Assembly: GCA_964234715.1 (NCBI GenBank) | Contig: OZ174290.1 | Length of the DNA stretch: 64,000 nt | Source: Podarcis melisellensis | Lineage: Eukaryota | Reading direction: 5' to 3' (one strand) | Part shown: positions 25,570 through 37,733 of the stretch, in pieces | Layout: the number at the start of each line of letters is the position of its first letter | How positions within the stretch are numbered: the stretch's first letter is position 1 | Notes under the pieces: generated by a model | Database searches by the model: none | Told to the model about the DNA's origin: nothing | The model's input: only the letters and a program-made list of their open reading frames with translations | Made by a program: the position numbers and the translations under genes

Positions 25570-27797
25570 TAATCCTCAGGGTATTCCATTTTACTTTACA
25601 GAAATTGTGTTGCAAATACTCCAGCATGTGCACTTTCTATGTACAACAACCTTGGGGGAAATGAGATTTCCAAGCATCTTTACTGCTGGTGTGAATAGCT
25701 AGAAGCTGTGCTTGATCATTCAGTGACCATGCATGACAAGTGCTTCCTTCAAAGAGCCTATCACCTATTAAAGCTCCCCAAGAAGTGGCAAACTTTGATC
25801 CAGAATGCCAACCTAATTGGTTGGCTGCCAAACATTTATATGGAAGGGAATTCCCACAAAGGCTGTTGAACTCTAGGAAGTTTTGAGAGCTTGTTTGCAT
25901 AGATCCACAGCAGTTGTTTTCTTAAAAAAACAAAACTCTTTTTCTAGCCCGCAAAGGATGGGAGAAAACATAATGAGGATGCAGCACAGCTAAAGCTTAA
26001 AATGTCTGCAGTTCTTAGAAATATAGGTCAAAGCGAAGTATGTTCAAGGATGCAGTTTTATGAAAGATTCTATACTGGCAGTTTACTTTAAAAAATTAAT
26101 AATAATATGAAAGCATAATAAATCAATAAAGTAATTCTTATATACTGCATAAGTAGCACAATTACCTCATTAGTCACTAAAATCCTAGTGAAATATGTTT
26201 TTTTTAAAAAAAACACAGATGCCTGAAACAATACTAAGTTGGGGCGAGACACATCTCAGCGGTGCAGTCATACCACAGATGTGGAGCCACCACTGAAAAG
26301 GATCTTCCAAGGGCACCTGAACCACACAACTCAGTTAACCTAGGGACCACCAGGACTGCCTCTTCCATTGATCATAATGTCCAGGCAGGTTGATAAGGAG
26401 ATTTTATACACATTTACTTGAGAGAAAATCCCATTGTTCTCAATGGCCCAATGTTAACGCGTTTCCAATCTCCTAAAATCTGGCATACACAGTGGCTTTG
26501 TAGACACTTTCCCAAGGTTTCCTTTAGTGTAGGGTAGTGTTGTGGGCATGCTGGCACTAATCACAATTGATACTACCCAGAATTGCCTCCTAACTATGGC
26601 TTGCAAAGCTACCTCAAAGCATGGACTCACATAGGGTTAAAAAGGATACCGTAAACCTTGGTTAGCACCAATATATGATTCTACACTAGGGTTAATACAA
26701 ACTATGGGGGAAGGGAACTTTTGCATGAGATGGAGCCTGTGAGTCCACATCTATATTCCTGATCCCCTAGTTTCTTTGGACTAACTGAATGTATCACACC
26801 AAATAATATGAGTGAACTTGATGAAACACATTGAGCAATCACAATGGCTTTAATACACTAGATACCTGTCAGCAACTATGATATATATGTATAAGCTGTA
26901 ACACAGTACAAAACTCCGGGTTGCTTGTTTACTAGGTCTAAAGACTCCTCTTTTTTCCCTCCAAAGAGGAAGCAGAAAGGCTTCTCGACTCATAATTTGC
27001 CAGTTTCACCCACAAGGATTAAGCTGTTTTGGAAGGCTGCCTTGGTCTTTATTAACCTTATCAGAAATTCTGACAGCTTGGCTAATCTCTTTCCTTAAAT
27101 ACCAACAAACATGTTTAAACGGAATGTATCTGTGGCAGGATTTCAACGATATATACCCAAATGGTGTGAAAAATCGAGTGATTTGATGTGGTGGTGGGAG
27201 GAGGATATTTGAAAGTTAATGCAAAGATGTAATTGAATGATCTGTTTCCTTCGAAAAGCTCCGTTCCAGTTGTGTTCTGGGGAATCCTCAGGTTCCTTAG
27301 GAAGTAATTTTGGGCCTCCTCAAATATGAAAGTGACAAACAAATGTCTCTGAAAAGATAAGCTTTCCCATCACCTCTGAACTTCTTAAATATGAATTTGT
27401 TCTGGGACACACAGATATTCTCTTAAGTCATAGAGGACTAAGTTACCACCTTTTCCTGAATAAACCTGCCTGGATGCTGAGATCTTCTTCTTCAGGGAGC
27501 TGTTCTCGTTCTCCCTCCTTATCTTTGCCATTCAATGCTGAATTAGATAAGGACAGGCAACAGGGGTCCTTATCCTTGTGCCCTCTGCCCTGACTCTAGA
27601 ACACCCTCCTCCAGGGAGGCTTGGCACTAACTTTTCAGCGGTAGGCAAAGGTCTGCAACTTTTAGATGCACAGTTTTGTGTATTGTTTTAAATAGGATAC
27701 AGGTGACCCCCCCACTTACATGGGGGTTACATTCCAGAGGACCGCACACACCAAGTGAAATCGTGTAAATTGGGAAGCACCCTCTAAAACCCTTTCT

Positions 27798-28222
27798 TTT
27801 CTTTTTTTTAATTAATATTTTATTAAGTTTTTTCAAAAGAAGAATAAAAGATTACAATAGAACAATAAACATCAAAACCCCAACAGACACCAACATTCAA
27901 ACAACAAAAAAGAAAAATCAAAACTCCGCCAAAAAGCAGGAAAAAAGAAAAATATTACAAACCTAAAAAAGTTTAACATAAAAAGGGAGGGGAAAAAAGG
28001 CTCTTTTCAAATTCATATCCTTCATAACCTTATTTTCTTGACTTCCACCCGCCCTCCTTTCTTGTATTCCACTTTAAAATTAATTTAGCAAGTTCGTTCA
28101 TATTTAATTTTATCCTTTAAAAGTTCCTTCACATATTGTATTATTCCAATTTTCATCCAATATCTATACCTTCTTTCATACTCTTATATATCTTAATCAC
28201 TAGAACCCCTTCTTTCATTTCA
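27798..28222 (-). mobile_element. 5'-truncated poly(A) retroelement (L1/Tx1-like 3' UTR) with 20-bp TSD
   Basis: Perfect direct repeat caccctctaaaaccctttct at 27778-27797 and 28223-28242; T-tract and tttatt (AATAAA on -) at the left end. Confidence 0.8.
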
Positions 28223-28524
28223 CACCCTCTAAAACCCTTTCTGCCCCTCTTTCTTCAATCCATGCTGTATCCCAAAATATCCACAACTAGAATGGAAGCT
28301 CTGGGGCTGGCAGGAGGCTAGAGGACACATGGGAAAGCAGCTGCTGTTGCGCTATCCCACACACCAGCTGTTAGGCAGGGAGGCTGAGCATCCCAAACAA
28401 AGCCCCACCGCACCTCCACCCTCTTCAGAACTTCTTCACTTCTTCGGGATCCACGGAGGGTCTCCTTGTGAGCCACAAGGACTTTCCAGCTCTCTCCCGC
28501 CATTTCTGGATATGAATTGAATTA

Positions 28525-28783
28525 CCGTATTTTTTGCTCTATAAGACTCACTTTTTCCCTCCTAAAAAGTAAGGGGAAATGTGTGTGCGTCTTATGGTGC
28601 GAATGCAGGCTGCGCAGCTATCCCAGAAGCCAGAACATCAAGAGGGATCGCTGCTTTCGCTGCACAGCGATCCCTCTTGCTGTTCTGGATTCTGAGATTC
28701 AGAATATTTTTTTTCTTGTTTTCCTCCTCCAAAAACTAGGTGCATCTTGTGGTCTGGTGTGTCTTATAGAGCGAAAAATATGG
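28525..28783. mobile_element. Mariner/Tc2-type MITE (family B)
   Basis: TA-flanked; TIR ccgtattttttgctctataagac. Confidence 0.85.
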
Positions 28784-31315
28784 TAATTATTTCCTGGCGC
28801 TGTGTGTACACATCGTGCACAAGATGAGCAAGTGTAAGTGTGGAGTTGCCCATATTATGACTTTTCTAATGATGTTATCTGTATTTATCATTGCTTTACC
28901 TTTTAAAATGTATGCTGGTGGCTCCATTACTGGAGATGGAGCACCTCCCCAACCAGGTGCCCCCTCCATATTTTGGAGTCAAACTTGTTCATTGGTCCTG
29001 CTGGTAGGGGAAGTAAAAACATCTGAAGGATACCAGCTTGGGAGAGGCATGGATAGACAGACCTTTGGTCTGATCCACCAGAATTGGCTCCTAACTTCTA
29101 AACTCCAGATTTTTTGGGAGGGGGAAGAACAATACTGATTGAAACAACCCTGTGAGGAAGATTAAGCTGGGACTGGGCTAAAGTCACACAGTGAGAGCTT
29201 CATACCAGATTTGAAAATGGGTCCCCATGGTCCCCATTTAGACATTCTAACACCACAACACTGTAATTGTCCATTAACTTAGACCCATTTTAGTGTTCCA
29301 CATAGCAGCAACAATGTAGGCTCACTTTGCTTCATTTCTCAGCAATCCTGACAAGTGTGCTGCAAGGCAGAATAGTGCAGTCATCTACCTACTGCAGATT
29401 TATTTACTGAATTTGTTTCAGCTCTTGCTCCATGGTTTTTTTATGCTTTTGTTTGCAATTTCATTTTGAGATTCTAGCATTCAGTACAGCAATGCTGGCT
29501 TAACATTACAACTCTTCTTCCCATCTAGGCAAGTGTACCCAGAAAGAAGAAACCTGCCCTATCATGTGCCATTAGATGGGTGCCAAGGTCAAGATATGTC
29601 ACCTTGCCAAAAATCTGCCCGGTAGTTTGTGGTGTAGACAAGATTTGAGCAGCTCGCAGTCTACTTTGTGATGGTTCCAGGAGCAATTCCAGTCAGTATA
29701 CATGTTCACCTGCTATGTGCATGTTTTTAAAAACTCCATTCTGTTTCTGAGTCACTCTATGCTCTCTACCCGCTTTGATCTTTGCGCTTTGGGTTCCAAA
29801 CCACTCTGTATAAAACAGAAAACCTCGTGAACTCCCATATTGGGGAATCTAAAAGTGGGTATCAATCGTTCCCCATTTTTGGCCAGTGTGGACAGAATCT
29901 AAAGGTAAAGGTTCAGAAGAACTCTTGAGTTGTTGTTTTCATTAAAGAAGTCCAATATAGTTTCTTATTCTCAGGGAGCCATGCCCTTCTTCCACATCCC
30001 ATTCTGCTTTAACACAAAAGTTCTACTCAATTATTCTGGGTGAGATTATCACTAAGTATTGGAATATCACTGTGGGCTTGCCTTTAAGCAGCTATTCTCA
30101 AACTTCACAGTTTTGTAAACAACTTATTGAACTTTTATCTTCCATTCCAAGATTATCACAAAAAGCAACCCCCTATTGTGAAAATCACAGACCCAGGACT
30201 AGCCCAGACTGCTGTCCCTTTAACTGGTAGCTTTTAAGGGACAGATTAGCAGTCTGCATCAGTCTATATCATGAAAATCAATAGGTTCTATTCAGAGTAG
30301 ACTTGGTGACACTAAAGGGCACAACTAAATATGACTAATTTAATTTAATTGGGTCTACTCTGAGTAAATATGGTTGGTCCTTTAATCAGTCTTATTAGCT
30401 GGTTTGGTAACTCCAACCCTGTTCAAAACAGCCTCCATCTCAGTCATCAGGAAAAAACCATAAATCAGTATACAGTTCCAGATATTCCTGAATGTCTCAC
30501 AATCGTTCTGCAGAGCTGCATGGAGCTTGCAGGCCACAATTAGAAATCTTCTGCCTTTATGGTTCTTTATAGTCTCTTTATGGTTCTGTAGGTGTTAACC
30601 AACTCAGGACTGCCAAGTTGACAGTTTTATCACCTATCACTGCAGTAATATAGGGTGACTGAGCTTTGCATGTGCAGTGGCACTAACTGAGTTGTCACTA
30701 TCTGCACAATTTGCTTTGCATTTCCCTCTGATCTCACTACTTTATAGTCCTCCACCACACCTGTACTTGGGGATTATTCTTCATGCATATTGTGAGGTGG
30801 ACTCTGACCCACAAAATATTATACCAAAATCTGGTAAATCTTTAAGGTGCCAAAAGGTTCTTTGCTGTTTTTGCTGCAACAGACGTAACATGGCTACTTC
30901 TGTGTTTTTGAATCTGTCTGGGAGCTAATTGTTAGAAGATGGTTCCTTAGAAAAGAGATTTCCCTGGGATGCGCAGAGTGAAAACACCACCAGAAGAACA
31001 TCTGAAGAGCCCAGCTGAATCAGAACAAAGGCCCATCTAGTCCAGCATTCTGTCCTCACAGTGGCCAACCAGATGTCCCCGAGGGAAGACCACAAGCAGG
31101 ACCTGAGCACAACAGCAAGTCTCTCCACCTGTGATTCCCAGCAACTGACATTCAAAGCTGCACTGCCTCTGACAGCGGAGACAGAATATAGTCTTCAAGG
31201 CTGGTGGTCATTAATAGATTTATCTATGATTAAAGTGTTTGGAGATGATGACATCCCTGGCTAAGGAGAAGGGTGTGAGTTGGTGTGGGTGAGAGAGAGA
31301 ACAAGGACACAAGCC

Positions 31316-31318
31316 ACA

Positions 31319-31380
<62 letters not shown>
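31316..31380. repeat. (AC)n(AG)n compound microsatellite
   Basis: Read directly. Confidence 0.95.
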
Positions 31381-31385
<5 letters not shown>

Positions 31386-31723
31386 CACAAAAAGGGCAGT
31401 TAATGGAACAGATAGGAGCTAAAAGTGAGAAGCAGCTTGGTGTGCAAAGGGTCCCTTGGTGGATATCAGATGGAAGGTATGGGATCTGCTGCCCAAAAGA
31501 AACCAAACCTAGGCCATGCAGCCCCTGGAACTTCCCACCACTTGAAGGAGCACATACCATATGAGTAAATTGAAGGCTATTTAAAATATTACTATTATTA
31601 TTACATTTACATCCGACCTCTCTTCCAAGGAGCTTGAGATGGCGTAGATTGATGGTTTTCCCTTTTCCCTGCTCTATTCTCACAACAAACCCATGAGGTA
31701 GTGTAGGCCAGTGTAGCCTAGTG

Positions 31724-31859
31724 CAGTGTTTCCCAACCTTGGGCCTCCAGCTGTTTTTGAACTACAATTCCCATCATCCCTGACCACTGGTCTTGCTAGC
31801 TAGGGATGATGGGAGTTGTAGGCCAAAAACATCTGGAGGCACAAGGTTGGGAAACACTG
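31724..31859. mobile_element. hAT MITE nested in a CORE-type SINE
   Basis: Perfect TIR cagtgtttcccaacctt / aaggttgggaaacactg; perfect TSD gcctagtg. Confidence 0.9.
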
Positions 31860-32431
31860 GCCTAGTGTAAACCTAGTGTAGGATCTAGGTTTCCCTAGAT
31901 CCTAGTAGTCCAACCCTCTTAACCACTACACCACAGGCAGAATGTGAACAGGGCAAGGGGACGTACATGCGGAAAGTGAACTCAAAAGTTCGGGGGGGGG
32001 GAGGATCCAGTGGCAGGAGGAATCTTCACTCCTTCAGCAGACAAGCAAAACATGGACGGACTAATGACCCTCTACTAAAGAGTCATGATGTAGCTGCATT
32101 TATACCATGCCCAGTAGCTAAAAGGCTTTTCAGAGCAGCTTACAAAATCAGTTCTGATTTAGTAGTGATTCTCAATGGATTTGTAGGGATGCGACAGGTC
32201 CCCTCCTAAGCCCATTACCCCAATCTTATTTTTGGAAGAAATGCTGCTGCTTTTTAATGGTGTGTCTTTGGCGACTCCTCCTAATGGTATGCAAAGGTCT
32301 TCATTTCCCTTTTCTAATGCCAATGTTGGATCAGTGACCCAGCCCAGAAGCCTTGCATACATAGGAGCACATGGGATGATTTATTTACTTACACTCAGCT
32401 GCGAAATACATGGTTGGCGCGCTATTGGCAG

Positions 32432-32823
32432 CAGGGCTTGGCAATATCAGCTTTTCAACATCGCCGTGTATCACCACAGTTTGGCGATATACCGCAATGT
32501 TGAGAAAAGAAACTGCATTGGCCTCTGCATGCTGGGCACCGGGTGAAACTGCCCCAGCTCACATAGCAGGAGCTGAGGTGGTTTCACCCAGGTACTCACA
32601 GACTGGGACAATGCAGCTTGTTTGAACAGCTTAGCTGAGGATAGGGAAGGTTCCCCCTCCCCAACTAAGGAGGAACTACTGTCTCCCTACAGAAGATGCT
32701 GCTAGCAGAGGGACTCAGGAGCAGTGGTGGTTTCACCAGCAATATACCGCTGACTGAAGCAAACATCGCGGTCTGCTCCTCATACCAGTCCTGGGTGATA
32801 TATCAATATTTCGCCCAGGCCTA
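32432..32823. mobile_element. hAT-like element (agggc..gg..atat ends)
   Basis: cagggcttggcaatat ... atatttcgcccaggccta; degenerate 8-bp TSD attggcag/ataggcaa; related right end at ~38245-38334. Confidence 0.6.
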
Positions 32824-33699
32824 ATAGGCAAGTGGGACATGAATATGTAGGGAGTCTGGCCAGCATCTATTCAGGAGACCACCTGGACACCCCCCCACAT
32901 GGGATGAGATGCATACAAAGTGGATGCTCTTAGGAGAAAGAGGAAGAAACAAAACTACTAAAGAAAAATTCCTTCAGTGTGCAATATTAGTGTTTCACTG
33001 GAGCTCCTTGTTCGAAATGACTCTCTCAGTAAAAAAAGGTCTTACTGACTTCCCTACAGGATTAAAGACCTTAAATTGTAACTCCATCTTGTTATCCCAG
33101 AGAAAAAGAACGTCATGAAATCCTCTCTCGGATTGTTTTTGCTTCTCCTTCCCTAATATAGTGTTGCCTTTTCAGATAATTTGTATGCAGCACTGTAATC
33201 CTGCCAGATTTTTTTTTTTAAAAAAACACCACCATATAATTCCTTTGCGATGTCCTAGTCATATTTTGAAAATATTTTTTCCCTCTGTCTCTTGCTGGAG
33301 AAACAAAGATAACATGTACAAAAGGAAATCCATTTAGCTGCCTGAGGAAGAGGCTCAGTGAAATGGCCAGTCCAAATATGCATCGCTAAGAACTGGGTCA
33401 GAATGAAAGTCCACCTCACTGAATAACCCATTTCCAAGAAAGGACAGGCAGCTGCTTGTGGATAAGAACGTAAGGAACAGCCTGCTGGATCAGGCCAGTG
33501 GCCCATCTGGTCCAGCATCCTGGTCTCACAGTGGCCACCCAGATGCCAACCATGGGGAATAAAGCTCTCTGTGATTACTAACCCCCATGACTATGTTCCT
33601 GTTGGAAGCAAGGGTAGTTCTGAATGCCAGTTGCTGGAAACCGCAGGAGGGGAGAGGGGGCTGTTACACTCAGGGTCTGCTTGTGGGCTTCCCCTAGAG

Positions 33700-33837
33700 C
33701 AACGGCTCTCAACCTGTGGGTCCCCAGATGTTGTTGGACTACAACTCCCATCATCCCTGAGCTCTGGCCTTGCTAGCTAGGGGTGATGGGAGTTGTAGTT
33801 CAACAACATCTGGGGACCCACGCGTTGAGAAAGGCTG
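33700..33837. mobile_element. hAT MITE inserted in a CR1 fragment
   Basis: Palindromic; perfect TSD ccctagag. Confidence 0.88.
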
Positions 33838-36488
33838 CCCTAGAGGCATATATGTGGCCCTCCAGATGTTGTCAGAGTCCCAACAGCCTCAGCCAACACG
33901 GCCAATAGTGAAGGATAATCGCAGACATAATCCCAAGAACATCTCGAGGGCCACAGCTTCCACATCCCTTCTCTACAGCTACATAAACTGCTCATGAATC
34001 TGAAGAATTGGGACTGATGTCAATGAAAGAAATGGTTGCAGGGGAAAATAAATGCTGTTGGGGGGTGTAGGCTGAAGTGATGCCCTTTATTTTGCATACT
34101 TTCGGTAAATCATGTCCCCACATTGTATGGCCTCTTGATGCCACTGTTTTCCAAATTTGCCCTTGACACCCGTGTACATGCCAAATGCAGGTAACAATCC
34201 ATGCATCTGCTCAACAGTCGACTAAAAGATATGCCAAAATAAAATGCTTATAGTGCTGCAGAACTCTTAGCTATCACATGGTATTGGTTCCCAGAAATTT
34301 AAACTACCTGCTGCAATTTTGGAAAAACAGGTAATTCCACTAATTTTCACATGACAATAAGATACGTGGCTATATACTTCCCCCAGGTGGGCACCAGGCA
34401 TATCCAAAACATATGAAGAACATGGAAGAAGCATAACCAAAACAACAAACTATTTTCAAGCCATCTAATTGTGCTTGGACATGTATCCAAGGCTAGACAA
34501 ACTCAGATATATAAGGTAGGCACCAAATGGCTCCTTAAACCAGGGTTGTAGTCACCAAAACGGAAAGTCTCGTTGCCATTCTTGGGCAACTGAAATGGAC
34601 TTCAGGAAGTAAAATGTTTTTTCTGTACAACCTGAGCAGAAGCAGTGAACAATGTTATAGTTAACTGTTGTAGCTTGTCTTCATTTACCCCACCACCCTG
34701 CTCATAGTTGTGAAGAATATTCTTAAATTATGAATGGTCTGTGTCACCATTAAGGAAAAGGGATAGGAATAGGCCAATATGTGGACTGTCCCTTATATTT
34801 TATCCTACCTCTTTTTCTTCACAACTGTAAGTAAGGTGGCAGGGTAAGTGAAGACAAGCTACAAAAAACTATAACATTCTTCCCTGCTCCTGCTCAGGCT
34901 ACATAGAAAAAGCATTCTGCTTCCTGAAATTCATTCCAATTGCACAGATAAAATGTGATTGATACAATTATTCAGGATGTGGTCTTAGGGTGTGAAAAAA
35001 GTCAAGATCCAATGATGCTTAGGCATGCACCTCCAGAAGATGGAAATGTCAGGTGCCATCTTGGCACCCAGGCATCTTCACTTGGTCGCAAGTGGCCGAT
35101 ACTCAGGTGCAAAATGCACCTGGCTAATTTCGAACACTGGTGGGGATGACTAATTTAGGGTCATTAATTTCAATCGATCTGGCCTGAATAAAACTTAATT
35201 GTATACAGCACTTGATCTAGAAAAATATACCAAACAATAATTTAAGGAAAGGTGCCACAAGCTAAGACTGTGTGTTTTCACAATTTGAGATGCGGCATCT
35301 TTGCCTAGAATAATTACACGGCGGGGCGGGGGAGGGAATCGATGCGGGAGTTGGATTAAGGAACAGTGTCTTATAAAGAGCATATGCTCACATGTTATCA
35401 GAAGCACCAAGTCTCACGTGCGGACTATGGAAGCATACGCTTTAGTAATTCATTGCTGGGTCATTTAACTTTTACACACACTTTGTAACAATGGAGGGCT
35501 CATGAAAGATCAAGATTCTGTAGACAGAAAAGCTAGCTGGCAAACCGAATAGTGAGTGTTCCATTTTTGAAGAGACCAAAAATTCACTTATTTATTCATT
35601 TGTAATTCAACGTTGCATCCCATCCTTCCTTTTAGAAGAATAAAGAGGTGTACAGTACAGTTCCTCTCCTTCAAACCTGCCTGCATGGTATAGATAAGGC
35701 TGAGAACAGATAAGGCATTTGGACGAGAACAAACTCTGTGGTGTGCGTGTTTGTTAACTGTAGTATTTTTAATCCACACTTTCATAAAGTATGTCAAGGT
35801 TCTACACATATACAAAATCATAATGCCTCATCATTCAGTATCAAGGCAACATTCAGCATATCTGATGGGAACAGACACACAGCCCTTCCCCCAGTTCCAG
35901 ACCTCTGACTCTGAACGCGCTGAGCCCCTTTCCCAGGATCAGAGCCCCTCAGCTCCTTGAGCACCTCCCATTCCTCATGCAGCCAGTCCCACCAAGTCAC
36001 TTCCTCAGGGCTCATTACAGCTTGATATCCAGATTGGTAAGAAATTCCATATTTGTATAAACTAGTGAATGGAATCTTTTAACTGCACCCACAAATAGAG
36101 GGCAACAGACACGGGGAACCCCACACGGCTCTGTTCAGATGTGTAGCCACAGTGGCCGCATTCAGATTATCCTTCAAACTGTGATCAGGATCCTTGCGCC
36201 CTCTCTACTGCCTGAATGTGAGAGTTTCAAAGCTCCCACTTCTAGTTGCTGCTGCTTCAGATGCAGAAAACTAGGGTTTGCTCAAATTGCAGTCTGGCCT
36301 CAAACCAGGACCAAGCCACAGTTTGGCATTCTTGTCTGCATCCATATGATGCATTTGCATGCCGTAGCAAACTATGTTTTGCAACTGGATAGCACTGGAA
36401 ACCATTGCTCCTTCTTGAACCTCCAAACTTTAGATTCTGAAGGTCTTATGAACGCACCCAGTGGCTCAAATGAGACATTCCACCAAAC

Positions 36489-36781
36489 CAGGGTGGATAA
36501 AAACCAATGGTGGTTTTTAAAAAAAAATTAATCAGATTTTTTTGATTTAAATCGGATTTTTAAAATAAAATGCTTTTGGAGGAAATAACTGTAAAAACTA
36601 CTCTGAAAAATTATTATTCCAAAAATGAAGCCTTCATCTGGTTGTAAATATTAAGATTCTACCAGCAAGAATGAGTCTCTCTGTAAAAAAATGGATTTAA
36701 ATTAAGTCTTACTGACTAGTGATTTAAACCGTGATTTAAACCGTGATTTAAATCAATTTGATATAAATCAAATCAATCCTG
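36489..36781. mobile_element. hAT-like MITE with gatttaaa subterminal repeats
   Basis: cagggtggat ... atcaatcctg; TSD caccaaac/catcaaac. Confidence 0.75.
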
Positions 36782-37382
36782 CATCAAACCACATCTTGTG
36801 GTATGATTTTCTAAATCATTTTCCCCAACCTGCTGCCTTCCAGATCTTCCGAACTACAGCTTTCATCAGCTTCAGCCAGTGTGGCCTTTGGTCAGGGATA
36901 ATGGGAGTTGGAGCTCAAACCATCAGGAGGGCTCTGCATTTATTACCCCTGCTTTCCTACCTGTTGCTGTTTGTATTATGGAAAGAAATACAAGGCCTTG
37001 TAAATAGTTTGCACTGCAGCACATTAAAGATGCAATCCAGCCAGCACACCAAGAGAGCTTACTCAGTAAGTTTCAGCAAAGCTCAGAAAGGCCAACAACA
37101 CATGGGGAACCAAAACCTATGCTATGGGCCAAGTAACACATAAAGCTATTCATTTTTTAAAATAAAAATAAAAAAGTCCTTAGACTAGCCACTTTAAATT
37201 TTGAAGAAAAAGCTCCTGTAGGGACTCAATTTGGAGGCGGCCTCCTCATCTAGCCTCCTCACCTGTAAATACAATAGGCAACAAGTGTGTTTCAACTGAT
37301 GATGCAGCCTGCAAATACGCCGTGCATGTAGAGCACAGGACTCCCCACAAATAAGAATACTGGGAATTGTGGTTTACCCCTT

Positions 37383-37733
37383 AAAGGTAAAGGTAAAGGT
37401 ACCCCTGATCATTAGGTCCAGTCATGGACGATTCTGGGGTTGTGTGCTCATCTGGCTCTATAGGCTGAGGGAGCCGGTGTTTGTCCGCAGACAGCTTCCG
37501 GGTCATGTGGCCAGCATGACTAAGCCGCTTCTGGCGAACCAGAGCAGCACACGGAAACGCCGTTTACCTTCCCACTGGCACGGTACCTATTTATCTACTT
37601 GCACTCTGACGTGCTTTCGAACTGCTAAGTTGGCAGGAGCTGGGACCGAGCAACGGGAGCTCACCCCAACACGGGGATTCGACCTTCCGGCAGGCAAGCC
37701 CTAGGCTGTGGTTTAAACCACAGCGCCACCCGC
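37383..37733 (-). mobile_element. Sauria SINE
   Basis: (aaaggt)3 tail and full body; inserted into an older palindromic element (37320-37820). Confidence 0.9.

Noticed and set aside
36700-36780. gatttaaaccgt repeats as a CRISPR-like or iteron array
   Set aside because: Subterminal repeats of a hAT MITE in vertebrate DNA; no spacers
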